Source: Pseudomonadota bacterium (GTDB lineage: Bacteria > Myxococcota_A > UBA9042). Taken from it: 64,000 nt of DNA. The notes below the pieces were generated by a model. It saw only the letters and a program-made list of their open reading frames with translations. It did not search any database and was not told the origin of the DNA. Where the stretch lies: NCBI GenBank assembly GCA_005792545.1, contig SXRM01000319.1, forward strand, positions 696 to 64,695, in the 5' to 3' direction. The position numbers were made by a program, and so were the translations under genes. This document shows positions 55,701 through 63,717 of this stretch, one piece after another. Within the stretch, counting starts at the first letter, position 1; every line of letters starts with the position of its first letter.

Positions 55701-55894
55701 TGTCCGCCAGCAAGCTCGACGCCGGTGCGAACGACGCCAAAGACAACTGGTGCTACGCCGGCAAGACTTTTGGCGGCTTGGGCGACCTCGGCTCGCCATC
55801 GGCACCCAACGCGGTCTGCGCGCCGCCACCGGTATCCAAGCCGGCAAGCGTCTGGCAATGGCTTGGGTGGTTCTGGGCGTGGTTTGCCGGGTGA
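52754..55894 (+). CDS. large mosaic lipoprotein: Ig-like repeats, cbEGF-like domains, two lamin-tail domains, thrombospondin type-3 repeats, Myxococcus cysteine-rich repeat
   Basis: ATG at 52754 ([16 protein letters not shown], lipobox). DTDEC/DVDEC/DVNEC cbEGF signatures at about 53940-54360. LTD blocks [10 protein letters not shown]...GEWVEIRN and [10 protein letters not shown]...[8 protein letters not shown]. TSP3 run [15 protein letters not shown]...[17 protein letters not shown]...[15 protein letters not shown] at about 54938-55185. [28 protein letters not shown] is the Myxococcus Cys repeat. Confidence 0.85.
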   Translation: [1046 protein letters not shown]

Positions 55895-56024
55895 CGGTCG
55901 GTCGAATGAAGCGGTCAGCCTCCGAATCTTGCAGCCCTGAGCGTATCTGAGCTGCGCTCAACCCAAATCGGTAGTGCTGCTGCCGGCAGCTTCGTTGTCC
56001 TGCTGCCTGTGCTAGCCTCTGCCG

Positions 56025-56951
56025 ATGCGCTACCGCCGCGCCGCGTTTCTGGCTTCTGTCTTTCTGCTGACCCCGGCAGCGGTGTTGGTCGTCGTCGGCG
56101 TGCTGGTGCTGGTGTACCAGCGCGAAGGCCTCGACATCGCCTTCGGCGTGCTGATCTTGACGTTGTGCGCGTTGCTGCTGGCCGGCACCGGCGTGCTGGT
56201 GGTGACGTTCAAGCGCTCGGCAGATCTGTCGCGCCTGCAAGCCGACTTCTTGAGCAAGGTCAGCCACGACTTTCGCACGCCGCTGACCAGCATCCGCATG
56301 TTCGTCGAGACGCTGCGCGAGGGTCGCATGCAGGACAGCGCCCAAACGGAGCGGGTGCTGGCGCTGCTCGGACAGGAGACTGAGCGCCTGTCGACCATGA
56401 TCGATCGCCTGCTGGACTTTGCACGCCTCGAAGCCGGCAAGATGCGCTACGACCGCGGCGCAGTGGAGCCAGAGGCCATCGTGCGGCCGGTAATTGCGCG
56501 CTTTGAGCCGCGCATGCACGGTCAGTCCACGGAACTGACGTGCGAGGTAGAGCCGTCGCTGCCAAAGGTCGATGTCGACCTCGACGCGCTGCAAGAGGTG
56601 GTGCAGAACCTGCTCGACAACGCGTTCAAGTACACCCAGGTTCCCAAGAAGATCGCAGTGCAGGTACGGCGGGCACAGCGCGCGTTGCCGCAGATGGGCG
56701 CCGAAGAAATCGAGATCGCGGTCAGCGACAACGGCCCAGGCATTGCCCGCAGCGAACATCGGCGGATTTTCGAACAGTTCTACCGGGTGGACGACCGCCT
56801 TGCGCGAGCAACCGAGGGATCCGGCCTCGGCCTGGCCATCTCGCAGCTCATTGTGCACGCCCACGGCGGGCGCATTCGGGTCGAGAGCGCGCCGGCGCAT
56901 GGCGCGACATTCGTGGTCACGCTGCCGGCGGTCGGCAGTGGTCCGGCCTGA
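56025..56951 (+). CDS. sensor histidine kinase (two N-terminal TM segments, no adjacent response regulator)
   Basis: H-box FLSKVSHDFRTPLTSI. N-box LLDNAFKYT. G-boxes SDNGPGI and GSGLGLAI. Confidence 0.88.
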   Translation: MRYRRAAFLASVFLLTPAAVLVVVGVLVLVYQREGLDIAFGVLILTLCALLLAGTGVLVVTFKRSADLSRLQADFLSKVSHDFRTPLTSIRMFVETLREGRMQDSAQTERVLALLGQETERLSTMIDRLLDFARLEAGKMRYDRGAVEPEAIVRPVIARFEPRMHGQSTELTCEVEPSLPKVDVDLDALQEVVQNLLDNAFKYTQVPKKIAVQVRRAQRALPQMGAEEIEIAVSDNGPGIARSEHRRIFEQFYRVDDRLARATEGSGLGLAISQLIVHAHGGRIRVESAPAHGATFVVTLPAVGSGPA

Positions 56952-57071
56952 GGCAGCGACACGGTTTCGCGGGTTGCGCGCCAGAAACAACGCCACAGCC
57001 AGAAATTGCACCCCTGCTTGCGCGCCGCTACCATGCCGATGGCGGGCCATTTCGCTTCGCAGGTTGTCCCC

Positions 57072-57680
57072 ATGACTACCCACCCTCGAACTCGCCAGCG
57101 CTGGGCGTTGGCGCTGTTGCTAGCCCTCGCTCAGTTGATTGCCGCGGTAGCGCTGGCCGCTGGACCGGTGTTCGTCAACACCCGCTACGCCAAGCTGCGG
57201 TCGGGCAAGACCAGTTCGTCGCCAGAGGTGGCCAAGCTGACCTATGGGCAGCAACTGACGGTGGTCAGCGAAGAGACGTCGTTCGTGCAAGTCACGACCG
57301 CTGCGGGGCAAACTGGCTGGATCGCCCGCCAGTGGGTCGTCACAACTGCCCCGGCCAAAGCAGGTCTCGCCGAGTCACTGGGCGCCGCGGCGCGCGGTGG
57401 CGGCGGTTCAGGCGTGGCCTACACGGCCGGTGCCCGCGGTCTGGCGCCCGAAGCCGAGTCCTACGCCGCCGGCAAAGCCGACATGGGGCAAGCGGTCGCC
57501 GACGTCAAAGACATGGAGCGGTACAGCGTTCCCGAACCGAAAGTTGAGGCGTTTCTCAAAGACGGCCGGCTTGGCGAATTCGCCGACCAGCGCACTGCGC
57601 GAGGCCTGCGCCCGCTCAGGGAACCGCTGGCATGCGCTGTCGCAGGTCGCCCCATCTGCTTTCTGCGGGGCATTCGATGA
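57072..57680 (+). CDS. secreted SH3b-domain protein
   Basis: ATG at 57072 with signal ...LIAAVALAAGP. VNTRYAKLRSGKTSSSPEVAKLTYGQQLTVVSEETSFVQVTTAAGQTGWIARQWV is a bacterial SH3-like pattern. Confidence 0.6.
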   Translation: MTTHPRTRQRWALALLLALAQLIAAVALAAGPVFVNTRYAKLRSGKTSSSPEVAKLTYGQQLTVVSEETSFVQVTTAAGQTGWIARQWVVTTAPAKAGLAESLGAAARGGGGSGVAYTAGARGLAPEAESYAAGKADMGQAVADVKDMERYSVPEPKVEAFLKDGRLGEFADQRTARGLRPLREPLACAVAGRPICFLRGIR

Positions 57681-58513
57681 GCGCCCGTATCGTCGCGGTA
57701 GCGATGTGCACAGCGTGGTTGCTGCCCGCGTGCGAATTCGTCAATGTGCACCAGTTGGTTGAAGGCGGCTTGAAGGCCGGCGCTGCGCAACTGCCGGTGG
57801 GGCCAAAAGAAGAGATCGCCTATGGCGGCGCGGTCGCCGTGCAGGTCGTCGCGCGCTACGGCGGCCTCGACAAGACGCCTGAGCTGGTCGAGTACGTCAA
57901 CCTGGTGGGCGAGGCGCTGGCCATCCACTCGCCGCGGCCAGAGCTGCCGTACCACTTCGCCATCCTCAACACCGACGAAGTCAACGCGGTGTCGGCGCCG
58001 GGCGGCTACGTGTTCATCACCCGCGGAGCGCTCAAGGCCTGTCGCAGTGAGGCCGAGCTTGCCGGGATCCTGGCCCACGAGATCGCGCACATCGCCGCGG
58101 GCCACGCCGTCAAGATCCTGCAAAACCTCAAAAGCAAACAGGCGCTGGCCGACTCGACCGGCTGGAAGTCGCAGGCCGTGTTTGGGCAAATCGTCGATGG
58201 CTTTCTGGACGACTACATGACCAAGGGTCTGCCGCAGGACGACGAATTCGAAGCCGACCGCATCGGCACCGCGATCCTGGCGCGGGTGGGCTGGGCACCG
58301 GATGGCCTGCGCAGTTTGCTGTCACGTCTGGCCAGCGGCCGCACTGCCGCGAGCAAGGACCGCTTCTACGGCACGCACCCCGACACCGGCGCCCGGGTCA
58401 GCCGCATCGATGCGCTGTTGCCGGCGTACAAAGACAAGGACGGCGTGACGCTAGAGCTGCGCTTTCGCGATCGCACGGCGGTGCTCAGCAAGCGTGTCGG
58501 TCACGCGCACTGA
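57677..58513 (+). CDS. M48 family metallopeptidase lipoprotein
   Basis: The ATG at 57677 overlaps the upstream stop (ATGA). Lipobox AWLLPAC. Zinc motif LAHEIAHIAAGH and downstream E/D ligand region. Confidence 0.82.
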   Translation: MSARIVAVAMCTAWLLPACEFVNVHQLVEGGLKAGAAQLPVGPKEEIAYGGAVAVQVVARYGGLDKTPELVEYVNLVGEALAIHSPRPELPYHFAILNTDEVNAVSAPGGYVFITRGALKACRSEAELAGILAHEIAHIAAGHAVKILQNLKSKQALADSTGWKSQAVFGQIVDGFLDDYMTKGLPQDDEFEADRIGTAILARVGWAPDGLRSLLSRLASGRTAASKDRFYGTHPDTGARVSRIDALLPAYKDKDGVTLELRFRDRTAVLSKRVGHAH

Positions 58514-58595
58514 GTCCCCAAAGCAGACCGCGCGACAATCCCGCGACAATCGCCCGCGCGCGGCACGCCCAGCCGACCGTTTTCGCCGGATCGCC

Positions 58596-58994
58596 ATGGA
58601 CCTCAGCGCCGACCGCCGCATTCGCCGGCTGACCGTGCCCATCCTGCGCCGCTTTGCCGCTTTGCGCTGGCGGCGCGCGCCACAATTGCAAGCCAGGACC
58701 ATCGCTACACTGGCTGAACGCGCCACCGAATTGCTAGCCCGGGGCCAGATGCCGATGTTCAGCGGCTACCACCCGCGGCCGGGCTTGCTGGCCGACGCCC
58801 CGGACGAGGCGCTGCGAGCAGACGCGAAGTCGCCGCAGTGGGCGGCTGCGCTCAAGGCGTGTGCTCGGGCTGAAATGCAAGGAGTTCCCGCCGATTCGCC
58901 GGAGTCGCCCGCCGATGCGCTCAAGCTGCTGGCTGGCGACGCCGTGGGGCAATTCGAGCGCGGGCCGCAGGTTGCGGGCTTGCTTGCTGGTTGA
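58596..58994 (+). CDS. hypothetical protein
   Basis: ATG at 58596. Moderately typical codon usage. No motifs recognised. Confidence 0.35.
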   Translation: MDLSADRRIRRLTVPILRRFAALRWRRAPQLQARTIATLAERATELLARGQMPMFSGYHPRPGLLADAPDEALRADAKSPQWAAALKACARAEMQGVPADSPESPADALKLLAGDAVGQFERGPQVAGLLAG

Positions 58995-59054
58995 CGGCCG
59001 TGCCGATCGGTTCACAATCGGGCCGCCGATGCTTCGGCCCCGTGGGGCAATAGG

Positions 59055-59826
59055 ATGACTGCTGGTCGCTTCGCAACGGGCCTGGGAATGTGGGCAGCGC
59101 TCGCCTTGACGTCGAGCACGGCTTTTGCGGACCCGCCGCCAGCTGGCGACGCACCGCCGCTCGCCGAGCCAACGGCGCCCGGAACACCGCCGCCGCCGCT
59201 TGTCGGCCCAGAAGCTCCGCCGCCCACAGAACTCGCTGAGGAACGCTGGGCCAAGACGGGTCGCATTGGCGTAATGGGCGGTCTATTCGGTCCTGCCGGC
59301 GCATTGGTGGGCGCAGTCGGGTATCAGTTGAGTCCGCTCATCGAGGTCCAGGCGGGTTTGACTGGCAGCGGCGCCAGTGCAAGCCAGTCCAACTCGACGG
59401 CTACGGCGACCTCAAGCGCCAGCCTGACGACCGGGTTCTTTCGCGGCCGCGGCTGGCTCGGCCGGCGGCACGTAGCACTCTTTGAGCTGGGCGGCGGTGT
59501 GACCAAGTCGGCGCTGACCGCCGACGGCACCGGCAAGTCGCAAAGCGGCGCCACCACCGCCACACTGCACTACGAACGCACCGGCTCGATTCCAATGGCT
59601 TTTTTTTGGCGGCGGCTATGGATATCGCACCGACATCGGCTTTCGCGTCAGCGTGGTCATGGGCTGGATTCAATACGTCGGCGCCCAGTCCAATTCGTTG
59701 GTAACGACCACTGGCGCGTTCGACGAGGCCGACCGGGCCGATATCAAACGGCAACTCGACGCGGAATCGGACGAGCTGCACAAGTCAAAGCCCTACTTCG
59801 AAGGCTCGGTGAGCTGGTACTTTTGA
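59055..59826 (+). pseudogene. small outer-membrane beta-barrel protein gene interrupted by a frameshift in a T8 run
   Basis: The N-terminal frame (signal ...LALTSSTAFA-DP, Pro-rich linker, Gly/Ser/Thr-rich strands) turns into Arg/Trp-rich nonsense right after the T8 run at 59600-59607. Removing one T gives ...AFFGGGYGYRTDIGFRVSVVMGWIQYVG...PYFEGSVSWYF-stop (TGA 59824-59826). That is an OMP-like terminus ending 13 nt before the next gene. Confidence 0.7.
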
Positions 59827-59839
59827 CCGCAGGCAACCC

Positions 59840-60229
59840 ATGGCCTGGACCCACGCCGAAACTGCCTGGCGCGACGCCCTTTTTGGCGCCATGCTGCCCC
59901 GTAGCGCAGGCATTGCGGGTCGGCCGGGCTTCGCCGACTTGGATCTGACGGCGTTCTGGCCGCGATTTGACGCCGCGGCACCGTGGACGCTGCGCTGGGG
60001 TCTGCGGGCGTCGGTGTGGCTGCTGACCTGGCTGCCGGGGCCGCTCGGGTTCGGCTGGCGGCCGGTGTCTCGCTTGCCGTCCGATGCCAAAGACCGCTAC
60101 GTTGCAGGGCTGTTGGAGAGCGACCGCTGGTTGCTTCGACAGCTGGCCGACACCGCAAAGATCGTACTCTGCTTTGCCTACTTCCAGGACGAGGCCATAC
60201 GACGCCGGCTCGACGTGGCGCCGCCATGA
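59840..60229 (+). CDS. small hypothetical protein coupled to GMC oxidoreductase
   Basis: Its stop overlaps the oxidoreductase ATG (ATGA at 60226-60229). Trp/Leu-rich with a probable hydrophobic segment. No family recognised. Confidence 0.5.
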   Translation: MAWTHAETAWRDALFGAMLPRSAGIAGRPGFADLDLTAFWPRFDAAAPWTLRWGLRASVWLLTWLPGPLGFGWRPVSRLPSDAKDRYVAGLLESDRWLLRQLADTAKIVLCFAYFQDEAIRRRLDVAPP

Positions 60230-61722
60230 ACGTGCTCGACGGCCGCCGTGCCAGCCGCGCAGTCGAACGGTCGGCCGATGTGGTCATCGTCGGCAGCGGT
60301 CCGGCGGGTGCGGCTGCAGCGCGGACGCTGGCGCGCGGCGGCATGCGGGTGGTAGTGGTCGAGGCCGGCCACTTGCACCCGCCAGCGTCGTTTGCGCCCG
60401 ACGCGTTCGCTGCGATGGCCGCGCTCTACCGCGACATGGGTGCGACGGTCACCATGGGGCGCGCCCCGATGCCCTACCTGCAAGGGGTCGCGGTCGGCGG
60501 CACTTCGGTCGTCAACGGCGCCATCTCCTGGCGCTTGCCACGCGATGTGCACGCGGACTGGGTGGCCCGCGACCCCGCGCTCGGCGAAGCCTGGCCTTGG
60601 CAAGAGCTAGAGGCCATCACCGACGCCCTCCAACGCGACTTGCGCATCGCGCCGACCGACGCGGCAATTGCGGGACGCAAGAACGAGCTGATGGCCGTTG
60701 GCGCCGACGCCTTGGGCCTCGAACACCGTCCCATCGCGCGCAACGTCGCCGGCTGCCAGGGTTCGGGGCGCTGCCTGCAAGGCTGCCCGCATGGCGCCAA
60801 GCAGTCGATGGAGCGCACGCTGTTGCCAGAGGCGTGCAGCCACGGCGCGGAAATTCTGGCTGGCTGCGAGATCGACACCTTGGACATCGCGCGCGGTCGC
60901 GCCGTCGGCGTGCGGGGGACCACGGCCGCAGGAGCACAGGTGCTGGTGCGCGCACCGCGGGTGGTGCTCGCCTGCAGTGCCATCCAGACGCCGCTGCTGC
61001 TGCTGCGCAATGGCCTGGACCGCGGCCCGGTTGGTGAGGGCTTCCAGTGCCACCCGGGTGGCGCGGTGGCGGGCCGCTTTGCCGAGCCCGTGCGCATGTG
61101 GACGGGCGCGACCCAGGGCCACGAGGTCATCGGCCTGCGCCACCTGGGCCTCAAGTTCGAGGTCCTGGGCTTTGACTACACGATTCTGGCGTCGCGCCTG
61201 CCAGGCTTGGGGCGCGCTTGGGGCCAGCACTTGGACGACCTCGCCCATTTCGTCGACTGGGGCGTGGCGGTCAAGGCACAAGCGCGCGGACGCGTTCGGC
61301 CGCTTGGGCGCAAAGGCGCACGGGTCGACTATGACCTGCTGCCCGACGATGTGCGCAAGCTGCGGCAGGGGATTGCTGTGCTTGGTCGGATGCTGCTGGC
61401 TGCGGGTGCGCAGTGGGTGGTGCCGGGCATGGACGGTTTCGACGGGCAGGTCACTGATCCACGGAGGCTGGACGCCCTGGAAACCAGCGGGCCGCTCGAC
61501 GCCAGGGCCCACCCTATGGCGGCGACGCACCTGTTTGGCACCTGCCGCGCGGGTTCGGACCCGCAAACGAGCGTGGTCGGTCTGGACTTGCGGCACCGCG
61601 CGGTCGCCGGCCTGTTCGTGGTCGATTCGAGCGTGTTTCCGTCCAATACCGGCGTCAATCCGCAGACTTCGATTTTGGCGCTGGCGACGCTGGCAGCGCG
61701 GCGGATGCTGCAGGCCTCATAG
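60226..61722 (+). CDS. GMC family FAD-dependent oxidoreductase
   Basis: ATG at 60226. ADVVIVGSGPAGAAAARTLARGGMRVVVVEAG is the FAD-binding GxGxxG motif. C-terminal HLFGTCRAGSDPQTSVV...VVDSSVFPSNTGVNPQ is the GMC C-terminal block. Confidence 0.85.
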   Translation: MNVLDGRRASRAVERSADVVIVGSGPAGAAAARTLARGGMRVVVVEAGHLHPPASFAPDAFAAMAALYRDMGATVTMGRAPMPYLQGVAVGGTSVVNGAISWRLPRDVHADWVARDPALGEAWPWQELEAITDALQRDLRIAPTDAAIAGRKNELMAVGADALGLEHRPIARNVAGCQGSGRCLQGCPHGAKQSMERTLLPEACSHGAEILAGCEIDTLDIARGRAVGVRGTTAAGAQVLVRAPRVVLACSAIQTPLLLLRNGLDRGPVGEGFQCHPGGAVAGRFAEPVRMWTGATQGHEVIGLRHLGLKFEVLGFDYTILASRLPGLGRAWGQHLDDLAHFVDWGVAVKAQARGRVRPLGRKGARVDYDLLPDDVRKLRQGIAVLGRMLLAAGAQWVVPGMDGFDGQVTDPRRLDALETSGPLDARAHPMAATHLFGTCRAGSDPQTSVVGLDLRHRAVAGLFVVDSSVFPSNTGVNPQTSILALATLAARRMLQAS

Positions 61723-61929
61723 CTTTGCAGCCATAGCTCCTAACGCGACTACATTGCCAAGCAAGTCAATTTTGCCGCGCGATCCACGGTACTTGCACGC
61801 TTTAGTGCATTGGTTTACACTTCGTCACGCTGGCCACTTCCCCCACAACCACAGTTGTCCAGCGCTTGCGTTTTGCTGCCGTGGACGTCGCGATCTCGGA
61901 TCGCGGGGGCCCTGGCCTGGGAGGTGTAG

Positions 61930-62784
61930 ATGAACTGGTTGAAACGACCGCCAGACGTCGCGGCCTGGTCCGACGCAGACCTGGTTGCGGCCCACGCGGC
62001 TGCCCAAAAACACGTCCGCCGCCTGCGCACCTGGCTGCCGGTGGTGGTGCTGCTCATCATTGCCTGCTACGTGCTCGCCATCCGCTCGACATTCCAGAGC
62101 ATCGACGGCGACAAGATGGGCGCGGCCATCGAAAAGCGGGTGTCCGGGCTGAACCCCAAGTTCCAAAAAGCCTTGCAGGACGTCGGCAACGACGCCGGCC
62201 CGGTGGTCAGCAAAGCCCTGGAAGTCGAATCCGCGCGCGCCATCGAGGCGTTCGGCCGCAAAGTCGACGGTGAAGTCGAGCGGATGCGCACGGACCTGCC
62301 GGACAAGATGCAGGGCCTGCTCAACGCGCGGCTGCGCGACCTGCGCTCTGCGCAACTGCACAAGCTGCAAATGGAGCTGCCGCAAGCCGTCACCGACACC
62401 GCCAAAGCGGAGCAACTGCTCGACGCGCTGTCCGCCGGCACGCACGAGTGGGCGCAGAGGCAGCTGGTCTCGACCTTTCAGAAGCACCTCGTCGAACTCG
62501 AGCGCCTGAAGAAAACCTTGCAGCGCCTGGCGACAGCGGATTTGGCGGCCATCGCCAAAGCCAACGGCGACGGCACGGCACTGCCAGCTGGCGCAACGCC
62601 AGGAGACGTAGTCGGCGTCAAGGCCGAAGGCCGCAGCATTTCGCCCGAGCAGATGCTGGCCATGTGGCTCGAAATCTTCGAAGAGGCCATCAACGGCCCC
62701 GAAGGCGAGACCATGCTCGACGAAGGTCCCGTGGGCAAGGGCGGCGCTCCCGCCAAAGCCGAGGGCAAGGAGGCAACCAAATGA
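61930..62784 (+). CDS. membrane-anchored coiled-coil hypothetical protein
   Basis: ATG at 61930. One TM, WLPVVVLLIIACYVLAI. Long helical/coiled-coil region. Confidence 0.55.
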   Translation: MNWLKRPPDVAAWSDADLVAAHAAAQKHVRRLRTWLPVVVLLIIACYVLAIRSTFQSIDGDKMGAAIEKRVSGLNPKFQKALQDVGNDAGPVVSKALEVESARAIEAFGRKVDGEVERMRTDLPDKMQGLLNARLRDLRSAQLHKLQMELPQAVTDTAKAEQLLDALSAGTHEWAQRQLVSTFQKHLVELERLKKTLQRLATADLAAIAKANGDGTALPAGATPGDVVGVKAEGRSISPEQMLAMWLEIFEEAINGPEGETMLDEGPVGKGGAPAKAEGKEATK

Positions 62785-63503
62785 CCACCCAAGCCCAAAC
62801 CGCCCGCGACTACCTGGTCGCCGACTATCAGGCCCTGCACGGCCAACGCAAACGCACCGTCATCATCGGCGCGCTGCTCGTCGTGCTGGTGTTTGGCTAC
62901 ATGACCTGGCTGCTGTCGGCCGTGCGCCACATCACCAAGCCGGACAACCTCGCCGATGCGCTGGCCGGCTACGTCGAGGTCAGCCTGCCGGACTGGAAGC
63001 GCAGCGCCAAGTCCGTGGTGCAGACCGAGGCCCCGCGGGTCGCCCGCTTCATGGGCGACACCGTGGTCCGCGAGCTGCCGCCGGTGCTGCGCCTGGCCAT
63101 CGAGAACATGGTGCTCGAGTACACCAAGGACATCGCCGAGACGGCCACCAAGCAACTGAACCTGGTGTTCGCCGAGATGGTCACTGGCGCCCGCGAAGAG
63201 CTGGCGCAGGCGGCGCAGACCGGCAGTCAGCAGGAGCAGGCGCTGATCATGGCCAAGGCCCTGGATCGGCACATGCAGCAGGCGCTGGCCAAGAAAGAGG
63301 CGCGCAACGACCCGTTTGAAGAGACGGCGCTCGTCAAGCTCGAGAAGTCGCAGAAGGCGCTGGCGAGCCTCAATCAGCGGCTGGAGCACCTGCTGGATCC
63401 CAAGCAAGAGCCGACCACCCGCCGCGGAAAACTGGAACGCCGGTTCATCATGACGTTTTGGAAGTTCATGCAGCAGGAGAACCCGGACCTGCGGCAGAAG
63501 TAA
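62781..63503 (+). CDS. membrane-anchored coiled-coil hypothetical protein
   Basis: The ATG at 62781 overlaps the upstream stop (ATGA). One TM, VIIGALLVVLVFGYMTWLL. Helical remainder. Confidence 0.55.
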   Translation: MTTQAQTARDYLVADYQALHGQRKRTVIIGALLVVLVFGYMTWLLSAVRHITKPDNLADALAGYVEVSLPDWKRSAKSVVQTEAPRVARFMGDTVVRELPPVLRLAIENMVLEYTKDIAETATKQLNLVFAEMVTGAREELAQAAQTGSQQEQALIMAKALDRHMQQALAKKEARNDPFEETALVKLEKSQKALASLNQRLEHLLDPKQEPTTRRGKLERRFIMTFWKFMQQENPDLRQK

Positions 63504-63582
63504 ACGAAGTCTCAGGCGAGCTCGGCTGTTGCGGGTAGTGTCGCAGCAGCCGGGCCAGCCTGGCGCCGGACTGGGGCAGATC

Positions 63583-63678
63583 CAGAGTCAGGGACAGCGC
63601 CCAGCGCAGGGTCAGGCTCAGGGTCAGGCTCGGTGTCAGGCTCAGGGTCGGGGTCAGGGTCAGTGTCAGTGTCAGACT
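63583..63678. repeat. imperfect hexanucleotide microsatellite (CAGGNT-like) x16
   Basis: Read directly: cagggt caggct cagggt caggct cggtgt caggct cagggt cggggt cagggt cagtgt cagtgt cagact (63607-63678), preceded by four more degenerate units. It lies between convergent genes. Confidence 0.85.
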
Positions 63679-63717
63679 GTCAGCCGACGCCACGGTCAGC
63701 TGCGAGAACAGTGAGGC

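Noticed and set aside
63466-63714. ORFs encoding LTLTLTPTLSLT... (minus strand) and QGQAQGQARCQAQG... (plus strand) repeat peptides
   Set aside because: Both are by-products of the hexanucleotide microsatellite. The minus ORF would overlap the 3' end of the 62781-63503 gene, and neither has a credible start context.
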